Source: Glycera tridactyla (lineage: Eukaryota). From it: 64,000 bases of DNA. Position 1 is the first letter of the stretch. Every line of letters begins with the position of its first letter. Below the pieces are notes generated by a model. The model had not been told where the DNA came from. It worked only from the letters and a program-made list of their open reading frames with translations, and searched no databases. Below are positions 39,929 through 52,610 of the stretch, piece by piece. The stretch is from NCBI GenBank assembly GCA_965644265.1, contig OZ286461.1, forward strand, positions 30,442,001 to 30,506,000, given 5' to 3'. A program made the translations under genes and the position numbers.

Positions 39929-40108
39929 CGCCAACAGAAATGACACCTTGAGTGTCTGTGAATTTCATAAATTTTCACCTTCTGTTGGGGATCCAGAAGG
40001 AGGAGTCTTGAATGATCCCACCCATGCCCATTGCATGGGCGTCACAATATAGCCCAGATGGAGCTGACGTGACGTTAAACCCCCAACAAAACAAAACAAA
40101 CAAACAAA
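39929..40108 (+). mobile_element. SINE-A (A2)
   Basis: 12-bp TSD TTAGCCCCCCAC (39917-39928, 40109-40120). Confidence 0.95.
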
Positions 40109-40129
40109 TTAGCCCCCCACTCAAATCCC

Positions 40130-42110
40130 AGGGTGGGAAAATAGCGGAGGGCCCATGAACTCTCACTGCAGTATTCCAAGAATAATGCTACTCAAAAACT
40201 CACCTTACTAAGGTAAGTCTCGTTCAATTTTGCATTATTCTGGAATACTGCAACTCGTTCATAGGAGATTTCAAAGCAACTAGGGACAAGGTTCAATGTC
40301 CAATATTTATGAGAACACAATCGTAATGTCCCAGCATCCAAGTGAGGCATCAAACATTTGTATCCATGTTGACACTATGAGGGTGTGATGGTAGTCGGAT
40401 TTAACACTGCTTGCGCAAACTCGATATGTTGCACTATTGGTCATTGATAATGTCTTGCGCAATTGGTTCTTCCTGACCATCGAGCCGATTTCATTATAGA
40501 TAGCAATAAATGGGAGTTAGCAGCTTTGCTCGTAGAGGCTGCCTTATTGTATGTACCTTGTATTTGTCCTTGTCAATCCCAGAATGGGACATGATTAAGT
40601 TGATCCATCTGCGAATGGTATCCTTAGAAGTTTCAATGAAGGGTCTCTGAGTAATAATAAAAAGTTTATTCTCATCAGCGTTACTGAATTTCTTAGACTT
40701 AGCCAGATAGCATCTGAAACATGACAATACACGGATACGCTTATCTTCATATGTAGGGAAGTGAATAACTAACGGAGGTGCAGATGCTTTCTTGTTCTTT
40801 AACCTATCTGTAACCATAAAGCATGCACACTCAGACAACCTTAGATTTTCAATAGACAGTCACTAGACAGAGCTGCCAACATTGCCAACTTCCTTGTCAA
40901 TGTTTCAAAAGAGAGATTTTCATTTGGTGGCAGGTTTTTAATATAATGTGAAACTACATCTAGATCCCAAGTATCTCCATATCTTGATTCAGAAGGTCCA
41001 TTTTCGGCTGCTCCTAACATGAACCTCTCCAATATAGGAGAAACTTCTCATGTCGTGAACAAGACTAGAAGCTTGGACAGCTGATTTTGCAGTGTTCACT
41101 ATGCTATTAGTCAAACCAGCATCAATCATGATTTGAAGAAAATCCATCAAAAGATTTACCAATGGATGAAGGGGATTTCCAGACCTTTCATATGTATATT
41201 TTGACCATTTTCTAACATAAGTAGCATATTGGACAATGGTTGTCGGGCTCCATGATTGCATGATAGTATTGATAACTCCTCGTGAAAGTCCAAGCGTTCT
41301 GAGACCAGACTGGAAAGATAAACTGCCAACAGATGCAGTTGAGGGTAAAGCGATGGTTTGAATGGTAGGGTTAATCGATGTTGACAGTTCAGCAGAAGTA
41401 TTGGAATTTTGGTCATTAAACGCACCATTTGAGCAAACCACGGTTGGGTTGTCCAAAATGGAACCACCATTATGGTCAACATGCCTTCTTTCACTTTCTG
41501 CAGAACTCTGGTCAGCATGCTAAAAGGTGGAAACATATAGAAAATGTTATCTGTCCAGTTTAATGAAAAAGCATCTGTTCCACATGCCATTGGGTCTGGT
41601 ATCAACGATACAAAATTTGGCAATTGATTGTTCAACCTGGATGCGAAAAGATCTATTCAAGGTTGTACATTGAAAACTTCACAAATCCATAAGAAAATGT
41701 TGTGCTCCAGCATCCATTCAGTGCGTTCATTTAGGCATCTGCTATCCTGCTATTACATTGAACACATCCAGAATGAAATTGCGGATAAGCAAATGTTCTT
41801 TTGCTGTGCCCATAACCAAATTTCTTCAGACAAATCATTCAATATCATCGACCCACATCCACCCATATCATTGATATGATCAACCACAGTGGTGTTGTCT
41901 GGATGCACCTGTATATGAGCATCATGAGTACTGAAAAAGGATGTTATCAATACTAATTTGAATGCAAGACGTTCTTTTGCATTTATATGCAACAATTGTT
42001 CATGTGATGACCAGTGCTCTCCAGTAGAATGTGTATCATAGTGTGCTCCTCAACCAACATCAGATGCATCTGTGAATAGATGGATCAATACTACTTGGGG
42101 GAAAACAGGT
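40130..42110 (-). mobile_element. DIRS1-like retrotransposon 3' half (RNase H, methyltransferase-like domain, YR, terminal repeat/ICR)
   Basis: TDASDVG*GA, DNTTVV..IN.MGG, DLFASRLN...DAFSLNW...YMFPPF, YR with SKDTIRRWI and ARWS; ~21-bp inverted repeat 40167-40251 near the 3' end. Confidence 0.9.
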
Positions 42111-42113
42111 CTG

Positions 42114-42300
42114 AAATGACACTTTGTGTCTGTGATTTTCATATCATTTCACCTTCTGTTTCGGACCCAGAAGGAGGAGTTTTGGAAGATCCCACCCATG
42201 CCCATTGCATGGGCGTCACAATATAGCCCAGATGGTGCTGACGTGACGTTAAACCACAACCAACCAACCAACCAACCAACCAACCATCCATCCATCCATC
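42114..42300 (+). mobile_element. SINE-A (A1) at the 5' break of the DIRS remnant
   Basis: GAAATGACAC start, full core, AACC/ATCC tail. Confidence 0.9.
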
Positions 42301-43479
42301 CAACTATCTATCAACACCTTCCAAACAATCCCCATGTCTTTCGCAAGGAGTAGGAATGGCCCTCGGCGGCGGTGACTATTTTCTTCAGTTTTTCAGTCCG
42401 ATATAAACGAAGATGTTTGAAAGGACGTTAAATCACAAACAATCAACACATTGATCCAACCACAGTAAATGAGGAAACTCATAATCTACCATGATCAACC
42501 TGCCCCCTTACCAGCGAAACTATTTCAAGCAACCAGCAGGTTTAGCCAACAAAATCTGCCAAAGCAAAAGAAACAGAAACTTTCTGAGGGTCGCTTTTCT
42601 GAAGCCTGCTCATAATTCACAGGTCTGTGAATTGTCTCATTTGCATATTTATCGCCCACGTTGTAGTTCCGACGTTTGTGGCAGCTATAATGCAATTTAG
42701 CATGTTTCACGAATGGTCCTCTTTGACCCAAAACTCGTGGAATTCTATGTTGTTATGATAGCAGCGTGTTTTCATCGAGAAGTTGGTTTTTTTAATTGAT
42801 CGACACCAACTCAGACTGCGTAGGAATTTGTAAATAGTCGATTTGGCCATTTTCAGCTAGTGTTTGGGATTGTTGGACTGGTGCTTGGCTCATTTGCATG
42901 CCCTCCGGCAATGATCGGCTGCGAGGTGAATTATGGGATAGTTAGATACCTCATTTGCCAACGTATGCCGCGTTTACAGTTCTAGCAACCGGGTGACATT
43001 TTTGAAGAGCGAACCGATCGTCCTAACCACCCTAATGGCACTGCCATTGACCACCGCATGTCACTTTTAATGAAATATTTTTCTCTCAATGTTCTCACTC
43101 AGTCAGGCATTATTTCATGCAATGACCTATGTTTTCCACACAAATCGCGCATTTTTGGTTTACTTCTGATGATTTCATCGCAGCCGTGTACAAATGGTTG
43201 CCCACTTACTGTGTGAGGTGAACCTCGTCAAATTGCGCCACAAAATGGATGATAGTATTGTCTATAATGAGTGAGTGTCCCAAACCGAAAACAGTACCGT
43301 CTCTGACGTGAAAAGGTGGTCTTTATAAGGAAAAAGTCTTTATAACATCTAAGTAAAGAAATGTTGGGATTTCTTTTTGCTATGATACATTTTGGCATGA
43401 TCCTTTTTCGTCGTGGGGGGTTGGCCTAGGGGGCAAGGGAGGTCGGGCCGGGGGCCCTCACGATACCGCATGTACATAC

Positions 43480-44330
43480 CATCCTAATGTAACCCACTAC
43501 TGTGGTATTTCTGAACACATTGAGCACCCTCGTCAGCAGCCATTCTGTTGGGGGTTTTTTGTTCGGACTTCATATTTTGTAGGCAATTGTCTCGAAATTT
43601 TCCCTTAAAATTTGCTTGAGCAAATTTCTCTGGAATTCGTTGATGTGACTTATTGGTGGGTGAATGCCCTGGCTCAGGGCCCGAAATTGGCTTTGCTGAG
43701 GTGATGTCTGAACACATTGAGCACCTACGTTGACGGCCATCTTATGGCATCTTTTTCTGTTCAATCTCGAGTTCATTGAGGTAACTAATTTTTCTGTAAG
43801 TGGCCTGGCTCGGAGATCCAAACCCGCTCTTCTGAGGAGATACCTGCTGGATCACGTCAGCGGCCATTTTGTTGCTTATAATCTTGTATGCAACATCATT
43901 TTTCGAAGCATTTCTCTCCTAATATTCCCTATAAACCCCTGCAATCGGAGATATGCCTTCAATGAAAAGAAATCCCATGAATTCAATGGTTTGACGCATT
44001 TTGCTGTGAGTGCCATGGCTCAGGACCTGAAATTCACTTTTCTGAGGAGATACCTGTTGAATCACATTGGCAGCCATTTTGTTGTTTATTTTGTATCCAA
44101 CTTCACAAACTTTTGAGGCAATTCTCTTCAAATATTCCCCATCAACCCCTTTACGATTGGAAAAATGCTCTCAATGAGGATTTTCTCACAATTTCAATGA
44201 AATTAATTTTGCTGACGCAGGGCTGGAAATCGACTTTCCTGAGATTATGTGCGTACAAATTATGCCAAGATGGCCAAGGTCATTTCTTGTGGTAGTCTTT
44301 ACCTTACGATTATTTTTTCATGAATTTACT
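43480..44330. repeat. Degenerate ~200-bp tandem repeat
   Basis: TCTGAACACATTGAGCACC at ~43509 and ~43708; CTGAGGAGATACCTG at ~43832 and ~44042. Confidence 0.6.
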
Positions 44331-44726
44331 TGCATAATTCGAGTAAACAGAACAATTCACTGTGAATTTTACTCTGGGTGTGATATTTCGACATGGTGCC
44401 TGCTGCTAGGATAGCGATAGCTATACCTGTTACAAACATCAAAGCAGTATTTGATTGCATTTGCCTTGTTTGATGTCCGCCGCGGCTCGCTCCATCATCT
44501 TGTGTTCAGGATTTGTGAGAGATATCTGCAGGGGAGAGAACATCTAACTTTCATTGACCTGGAACACACGTCTTACATAATCCTGTGAGTTGATACATGC
44601 CGTTAAGCTTTAAACAAACAAACAAAAATGAACAATCCCTAATTCGCTCACCCACCCAACAAACCAACCACCCACCCAGCCACTCACTCACCCACTCACT
44701 ACTCGGAACGGAAATGACACCTCGAG

Positions 44727-45590
44727 AAACAAAAGTTCATAATTTTCACAGACTCCCTGTCATCTCTGCAGGCCTTGCAGGGAAATCTCAGAAACTGTAT
44801 ACTCTTTCAAATCTTGCAAAAGTATCAAATAATCAAAGATCATCAAAAGACTGTTAGACTTTGCTGGATTCCGAGCCATATTGGAATTCCTGGAAATGAG
44901 GCAGCCGATAAAGCGGCCAAAAGGGCTTTAGGTTTGCGAGTCACTGAATTGGAAATCCATTATTCTGACTTCAAACCAAGAATAAAGCTCTATATCGACC
45001 AACTCTGGCAGAATGAATGGGGAACCAAAAAGCGAAATAAATTATATCGCATCAGACCAAAACTGGTGGACAGATTCCCCGTGAGAACTATGAATAGAAG
45101 AGAGGAGATAGTACTTTCCCGTCTGAGGATAGGACATACATATCTCACCCATTCACACCTTCTGAAAAAACAAGGCAATCCTAATTGCTTTGCATGCGGA
45201 TGCCATCTCACTGTCAAACATTTATTGCTCGACTGTAGAAAACTATCGCAAACTAGAGTAAAGTATTACACTGTAGAAAATATGACACAACTTTTCATGA
45301 AAGTTGATCCAACAGACATATTTGGTTATTTGCATGAATTGGGAATATTTAGACAAATATGAATCGTGTGCATGCTAACCCAGTGCATGCCGACTGGGAT
45401 ATCAAAGGCCGGCCGTGTATTTAGGAGCCTTTTCCTTTACGCACGTTAAAGATCCACTGCTGTCTTTCGCAAAGAGTAGGGACGGCCCCCGGCATGCAGT
45501 GACTTTTTTTCTTCAGCATTTTCAGTTTTTCAGTCCGATATAACCCAAGCGGGTTTAAGTGACGTTAAACTAAAACAAACAAACAAACAA
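44727..45590 (+). mobile_element. 5'-truncated Nimb/I-clade LINE (RNase H, CCHC, 3' UTR, (AAAC)n tail) inserted into a SINE-A copy
   Basis: IFTDSLSSLQAL, WIPSHIGIPGNEAADKAAK, LSRLRIGH, C..CGCHLTVKHLLLDC; TSD TGACACCTCGAG at 44715-44726 and 45591-45602. Confidence 0.9.
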
Positions 45591-45875
45591 TGACACCTCG
45601 AGTGTGTTAATTTCATAAATTGTTCGTCTCCATTAGGGACCGGGAGGAGGAGTCTTGAATGATCCCACCTATGCCCATGACATGGGCATCACAATATAGC
45701 ACAAATGGAGCTGATTTGACATTATGTCCCAACAAACCACCCACCCACACACTACTCGCTAACTCACCCACTCGCTACTCACTCAATTACCCACCCACTC
45801 ACTCACCACTCATTCATTCACCCACTCACTACTAATTCACCCACCGACCCACTCACTACTCACTCACTCACCCAT
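45591..45875 (+). mobile_element. Diverged SINE-A (head at 44711-44726) with expanded (ACTC/ACCC)n tail
   Basis: Core recognisable with substitutions; split by the Nimb LINE. Confidence 0.8.
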
Positions 45876-46155
45876 GAAAATGCTGCAACGGTGGGATTAA
45901 GCTCTGAACATGAAAGCAGGACCAGGGTAGAGGGAAGAGTGGTACTTGGGGTTGATTGTGAGGACCACGCGGTCGCGTGACATCTGGTGGTGATGCTACG
46001 AAACGCGTCTTGCGCGACAGTTTCGTACCGTCGACAGGAGAATTCACATCCATGAAGTTGTCAACATTTTTGGACTTCGGACAGGAATAGTGGCGACGTG
46101 TCGCCATATATGATCATTTTGTATTGCTTCGAAGAGTGCACTCGACAGCTATACC

Positions 46156-46212
46156 ATGGCGTCAGCGTTATTCAGCTATAGGCATTTCGTTCGTGCTACA
46201 GCTGGAGCTACA
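46156..46212 (+). CDS. SLC25A17: SLC25A17 exon 1
   Basis: MASALFSYRHFVRATAGAT|GTATGT, phase 0; resembles the vertebrate N-terminus MASVLSYESLVHAVAGAV. Confidence 0.8.
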
Positions 46213-46809
46213 GTATGTATCAAACTTTGATATTCACATATTATCGACCAGTTAACAGCTGTCACTGTCAGTTTCACCTGCTGAGTCTGAGGCTGAGTGA
46301 GATAACAATGGCAGACCAAATTTTTGATGGAACACTAACATTTGTACATGACACCAGCCGATTGTTCACATAGACACTACCCTTCAACTTACAACCTAGC
46401 ATTTGGGTCACGATTTAGGGACAGGAGGGCGTCAGTAATTTGACGGACAGGAGTTTTCCAATGACGTCATCGCAATTTCGAAAAATCATGAAAATTCGCA
46501 ATATACGGCCATAAATACATCATCTTTCACCAGTAACCACCATTTCTTGTCACAGAACGAGCGTTTATGTTACGCGCCATCGACGGATCTGCGCAGTCGG
46601 CCAATAGCACTGCGCCATCGATCGTTCATTGGCGCCATGATCGATCGATTGTGCAACAATCGATGGATGTCAAGCCAATTCACAGATTTAATTCGCTATA
46701 TACATTGAGATATGAAGAAAACAAAATCCCCCATCGACTGTATGTGCTACATCTTGATTTCAATGTATTTATGTTGTTAAATCTTGGTCGAAAGTTGGCG
46801 ATATCGGAT

Positions 46810-47490
46810 GTAAACAATGGCCGCCATCTTGTTTTTTCACTAGCCAATCTCTCACTTTGAAGCTGGATATTTCAGCAAATGCTCAATATACACCAAAAGT
46901 GAAAACGGGGTTACAATGGCGTGAGCTATAAGATTATTTGTTTGAAGTTTCATAATTTTTCAATGTGTTTATCCCCTCCAAATATGGGAGCAAAGTTACC
47001 ATTCACGGCAAACTTTCGTCATCGCGCATTGCCATGTGCGCGCCATCTCCTTAATGACCATCGATAGCGCAGCGCCATCAGCCGATTGCTGCGCCAATGA
47101 TCGTTCAGTTGTCGGCGCAGCGCTATCGGCCGATCGGCCGTTGGCGCGTATCATCTACATTGAATTTGAGGTGAAATAAGGGCAAATAGCTGCGTTCAGT
47201 GTGGAAATCCATCGCTGGGTGATCACCAGCTAACGCTGCCAGATGTCACCAACATGGGATGATGGGAGCGCATGATTCGCAATGGGGAAAGTTTGCCATA
47301 AAATTGTAACTTTGCATCGAATTTGGAGAGGATAAACACGTTGAAAAATGATGAAACTTAGATCAAGTTATCTTTGAACTCGTGCCATCAGAACTCCGTA
47401 TTCACTTTTGTTGTGTATTGAGCAGTTGCTGAAATATATCCAGCTTCAAAGTTGGGAGGTCCGCGAGTAAAAAAAACAAGATGTTTTCAT
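46810..47490. repeat. Long imperfect inverted repeat (~240-bp arms) in SLC25A17 intron 1
   Basis: 46854-46983 pairs with 47321-47452; pairing extends to ~46810-47050 versus ~47255-47490. Confidence 0.8.
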
Positions 47491-48606
47491 CCGAAACCTC
47501 AGACTTCCAGCCACAATATAAAAAAATCAATACATGTACATAGGATTTAAATGTAATGTATTCAATCGATGGAGAACTTTGTTTTCTTTATACATTAGAA
47601 AAATCTCGTTGCGGCAGCTCTCTCAATTTTGCACGTGGAGGAAGTACTGAAGGAAGGTTGAGATTCGGGATCATTGTCACTTATGCAAATTCGTCACCAG
47701 CGCTCGGAAACATGAGACGTTGTCCGAGACCTGGTGATCACTGCCTTTCACCAACGGAGAAGTCACTCAGACTATATGTCTCGGTGAATTGCCCTTGTGT
47801 GCTGTATTGGCCTGATTACCTTTGCCATAATTCTGACCTTGCTTGGGCTTGGCTTTATTGCCCCATGCTGTAGGGTAAGGTGAGGTTCCAACTACAATGT
47901 ATTGAAATAATTGGCACTTGATGCCGTCCATGCATCAATCCTTCCGTGCATCCATCCTCCATTGCTTTCCGCTCATTATCTCCTGAAGTGTTCATCTTAT
48001 CCCTCCCATATCAGAACTTTGAATTCATCCGAATGACCCTCAGAAGTGATTTCCCACCAAATAGTGGCCTCTGATTGGTCAAGAAGTTTCTGCTTATAAA
48101 TTGTACTATGAAGTTTTCATCGTAGGCCTGTGAAAAAACTGTGAACTCATCCAAGACATCCTCAAGAGTGATCACTTTTACTTAGAGGCTTCAACTGAGC
48201 CATCTCCACCACAATTTGCAGGAAAATATCCCATATCTGACACCATGTGACAACAAACCATGTGGAGGTGATAATACAGCGCTCATATTAGTATGCAATA
48301 GCACGGAAACATGACCACTCTTTCTATGTGCTCAATGGAGCCTGAGCTAGCAAACATACAGGAGCCCACACAGTTTTCCCATCTCCGGTATATTCTTGAT
48401 ATCAAGTCAAATCTTGGTTTGCCATAAATTATCTTCCTACGTGAGATTTTATAGAGCAAAGTTCATCAGAAATTGATTATTTTCAATATCTTTTGTTCAT
48501 ATTTCTGGATATTCCAGTAGCCAAAAACATGTAATGAAGATGGAACGTGATATTGAGCGAGGTTTGTCTTCAGCATGTGCTTGATTTGACATCACTATTC
48601 TTTCAG

Positions 48607-48667
48607 GGAAGTGTAGTCGGTCTTACAACACTTTTTCCCTTGGACACAGCTCGAACTCGATTACAAG
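48607..48667 (+). CDS. SLC25A17: SLC25A17 exon 2
   Basis: TTTCAG|GSVVGLTTLFPLDTARTRLQ|GTAAAA, 61 nt. Confidence 0.95.
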
Positions 48668-48710
48668 GTAAAACCATATTTCATTATTTGCCAGATAATT
48701 GGTACGTGTA

Positions 48711-48862
48711 CAGTGGAACCTGTTTTGAGAGTCCCATGTTTTGGGAGACTGCCCTCTTTTGAGAGACTGCCCTACATCAGTCCTTTTCCATTTGACATAT
48801 AGTCAAATATACCTTCAATGAGAGACCTGCCCAAATGCAGTCTCCCAAGACAGGTTCTGCTT
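48711..48862. mobile_element. CAGT-type MITE in intron 2
   Basis: TA|CAGTGGAACCTGT ... ACAGGTTCTGCTT|TA. Confidence 0.65.
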
Positions 48863-49296
48863 TACAGTGTTTTTCCAAGTCATTATTCAAATAGTCAAGA
48901 AAAAAAAGTTACATTTACAGCAAGCTTATGACACATGCTTGGTATGCTGTGGAAATTGTCTTGTATGCTGCTGTTCTCAGGGATATCTGAATCGATTATG
49001 AGGCCAGGATTAGATTATATCACTTCCCTCCTACCAGAAGTAATTTTTCATTGGCAAGGCATATTTCATGAATCCTCAGTCAATAGAATTAGATTCATCA
49101 AGAGATGCTCGAAAGTCACACATCAATGGACAAGTCGCAGATGGTACCAGCTTCAATATCTTACAGGATGAATATGGTGTGAACAAAGTGTGGCAGGAGG
49201 AATTCCGATTGGTGTTCCCAAGACATCAAACAACAAACAAACCTACTTCTTTCTTAAAGACAGAAATGTTTTAGATTCATGATATTTTGATTTCAG

Positions 49297-49369
49297 TTTT
49301 CGATGATGAAGCTGCAAGATATGAGTACTCACATAGCATTATTCTACAGATTCTCAGAGAGGAAGGCTT
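49297..49369 (+). CDS. SLC25A17: SLC25A17 exon 3
   Basis: TTTCAG|...IILQILREEG|GTAAGT, 73 nt, phase-compatible. Confidence 0.85.
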
Positions 49370-49859
49370 GTAAGTACAGCATATATAACATCCATCCACC
49401 ATACTTACTTTAAGTATAGGCACAGATAGCATCATACTATCCCTATGTGTTTTCAGTGAGAGACTGTGAAACGGTTAAATACTGATATGCAGGCACTGCC
49501 TCATAGACAGAGCATCATGAACTCCAACATCTGCCATTATATTTCAGAGAGGTATCTTCATTGCCGCAGAATAAGGCAGTCCTAATTCACATCACACAGT
49601 GAAGAATGTTTGATAGACTTGTCATATCACAGTAAGAAAGTTCAGACTTGAGTTCTGGGATGACATTCATATAATATTCCCAATGTACCCAGAGAACACA
49701 CATGATGGTGATGAGATTTTGAAACCATGGTAAATCAACTGAAAACCTTTTGGATGTGCCATAGAAGGCATATTACATGTATTTGTTGTGGGTTAGGAAT
49801 ACTCGACGGTTATGAATATTATTTCAAATTTTGTTTGCATGCCTATGTTTGAATTTCAG

Positions 49860-50014
49860 GTCAGGTCTATATCGTGGGTGGTTGCCAGTTGTGACAAGCC
49901 TATGCTGCTCCAACTTTGTCTATTTTTATATCTACAATGGACTGAAAGCATATACAGGCTCAGAAAATGAAAATGCACATGCAGCTAAAGACCTCGCACT
50001 GGCATTTATTGCAG
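49860..50014 (+). CDS. SLC25A17: SLC25A17 exon 4
   Basis: SGLYRGWLPVVTSLCCSNFVYFY...DLALAFIA, AG/GT boundaries. Confidence 0.95.
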
Positions 50015-50259
50015 GTCAGTAACACGCTCTCTCACTTGGTCCTTATCAAACCAAACTCGCACTATAGTGCTACAGACAGCTCCAAAAAGAAAGTGAAGTT
50101 GCTCCAAAGCCATCCAGTATTTGCTTGATAGTTCTCTTGAAACTTTTATTCAGAATAACAATTCATCAATATCCGTTCAAGTTATTTCATTTCATCTATT
50201 TTCACAATTCCTAATGTAGAATACAAATGAAAATTACAAACCTGGTATATTTATAGGAA

Positions 50260-50710
50260 AACTCATGACCAGTCCTCATGGTTATAAACAAGAGTATTAC
50301 AAACTTTTGATCCTGACTGTACTAAGCCTCACTGGTAGTGAGAACTCATGACAGCCCAAAACTAATGATGAACTTATAATAAATCCTAGAACTTAGGATC
50401 CTATGTCTTGGTATAATGAAGCCCATGGCATACCACCCCTGCATGATCCTGTGTTTGCATGTACATGTGCAATCTCCTCCAGGAAGCTATGACCAGTCAT
50501 GATAGTCTTGACAAGGAGTAAGACAACCTTTCAATCGTGACATCCTGCTGAGCCTCATGGGTCATAAGTTAGTAGGTCTTGAGAGAATTCATAACAGATT
50601 CTAAAACTCATGATGAACTTATGATAAATCCTGAATCCTATGTCTTAGTAGACCAAACCCATGGCATACCATCCTTGCATGATCCTGTGTTTCCATATAC
50701 AATCTCTTCT
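50260..50710. repeat. Degenerate ~235-bp duplication immediately upstream of exon 5
   Basis: AAACT.ATGATGAACTTAT.ATAAATCCT...CCCATGGCATACCA...GCATGATCCTGTGTTT at ~50370 and ~50605. Confidence 0.7.
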
Positions 50711-50732
50711 AGGAAACTTGTTTCAATTTCAG

Positions 50733-50864
50733 GTGTAACAAATGTGCTGGTGACGACTCCTTTGTGGGTGGCCAACACCCGTCTCAAACTGCAAGGCATA
50801 AAGAAGAAACGAGATGACGACAGTGGTGAAACATTGCCGCCGCCAAGCTACTCAGGAACACTTG
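50733..50864 (+). CDS. SLC25A17: SLC25A17 exon 5
   Basis: GVTNVLVTTPLWVANTRLKLQG...YSGTL; weak donor GTGATC but phase fits exon 6. Confidence 0.85.
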
Positions 50865-52041
50865 GTGATCTTCTATGGTTTCAATTCTGGGTTAGCAATA
50901 ATCATCAGCCAAAAAACTCTAGGCTAAGCATCTTAGTTGGGGTGAAATGTGAGGAATTTCATCATCTTTGACCAAAATATCAGAGATAAATTTCGGGGAT
51001 GTCAAGGGTTTTCTCTGTATGAAGCATGATCTAGCAGCTTCAAATCACAAGCAGACATCAAAAAATTTTACAAGTCGTGGGATGGTGGATGTAACATTCA
51101 CCAACCCACAGAAAACATCAGCCCGTCTTGTATGTCAGTTCAAAGCGTAATACTTCATCTATAAATCTCATTCATCAGATTCAATCTGCTCATCAAGAAT
51201 ATCCACCTGTCCCGGACAGGATGGTATCTATCGTCTCTCACCCTGTGAAGCAGCTTTAGCAGTGTTCCGAGTTCCTAGTGCTAGTGATGCAGAGCCTGTG
51301 CAAATATAAACTCTTTTGAGGAAAACTGCTCTCTTGAGAGGGTTATGAGAGTTTTTTTTGTGGAATCCTATGTGTCATCTGACTAGAGTGGTTGACAGAG
51401 CGTAAACTGTGTCCCTACTCCTCCTTAATCTATCCGAGCCCAAATTTCTCAAGGTAGTGAATCTGATAATTGATTCTATCATTGTAATCAGAAATCCTGA
51501 AATAGACATGAGATATTCCAGACTGTTCTTAGATGCTGCATCCTCTGAAGGATAGGAGTGATGTTTGTAGTCTGGAATGTTGTATAGGCCCTTGGATATT
51601 GAGACTCAAGGACCTAGCTAGCTTATCAAACCTCTCTCCTTCATATCAACTTAAATATGAAAGAATGTCTTTATGCCTTCCAATTAATCAATTGAAGTAT
51701 CATGAATTTTCATTCCTAATCTAGGATGACATTTGAATGACAATGACCCGGATCTTCTATTCAGGAGGGGAAACATGATGAGTGCAACTCTTTATTCTTG
51801 TCATTTTTGTTCCGTCCCTTCAAATTGTTTGTTCAAAAGGAAGTGGGTTTTCAAAAGAGTATTTGCCGCTGAAGAGATTTTGAAAAAAAGGACTCATTCT
51901 TAGTTGAATCTAGGATAAGTTTCCTACCATTCCCATTAGAGATGATATCCTGGAGTAAGCTTGTGGCTTTGACGCAGTGGAATATATTGCTCGGTGTATT
52001 CATTGAAGTTATAGTGAATGTATGTTATGCTATTTTTTCAG

Positions 52042-52190
52042 ATTGCTTATGTCAGATATTCAAGAAGGAAGGAGTATCTGCCTTGTGGAGTGGAACTGGA
52101 CCCTCAGTTGTACTTGCAGCCAATCCAGCCGTACATTTCATGGTCTATGAGTTCCTCAAACGGTATCTCCAGAGATATACACAAAATAAG
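52042..52190 (+). CDS. SLC25A17: SLC25A17 exon 6
   Basis: DCLCQIFKKEGVSALWSG...NPAVHFMVYEFLKR...|GTAAGC. Confidence 0.95.
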
Positions 52191-52208
52191 GTAAGCTAAA
52201 GTCTAATC

Positions 52209-52610
52209 GTGGTGGGTACGTTTTTCGCCCTAGCATCGTGAATTCACTTCAGATTCAAATGATACTTACAGATAGACATTGTTGACATCTCCGACAGCTA
52301 GAAATGTGATCACAGCGAGGTTCTCTTGTTCATTTCACATTAGAGTGCCAAATATGTCGATTTCATGCTGGTTTCACGGCAGGTGCGGCGACCGTATCTC
52401 CATTGTTTCACATTGGGGAGATCAGACGATAATGCCGGTCGATTCGCTGAAAAAATGCAATGAAATGATGGCGTAATCCTCTTCAAAAGCATGCAGATTA
52501 CCTAAAACCAGGTTCAATCATTGCCGGAAGACCTATACAATACATTCATGTCATTGAAACTCAGATCAGACGAAAAATTGCGAATTTTTCATGTGAAACG
52601 TACCCGCCAC
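52209..52610. mobile_element. MITE with GTGGCGGGTACGTTT TIR; second, reversed copy at ~63430-63815
   Basis: TIRs at 52209-52223 and 52596-52610; internal sequence matches the reverse complement of 63530-63815. Confidence 0.75.

Noticed and set aside
42740-43330. CpG-rich stretch with octamer and RFX-like motifs as a promoter for the TE block
   Set aside because: Short motifs are expected by chance; no transcript evidence, and it may be repeat-derived.
45868-46107. 79-aa minus-strand ORF head-to-head with SLC25A17
   Set aside because: Starts only 49 bp from the SLC25A17 ATG, has no recognisable motif and ends in a microsatellite; more likely promoter or 5' UTR sequence.
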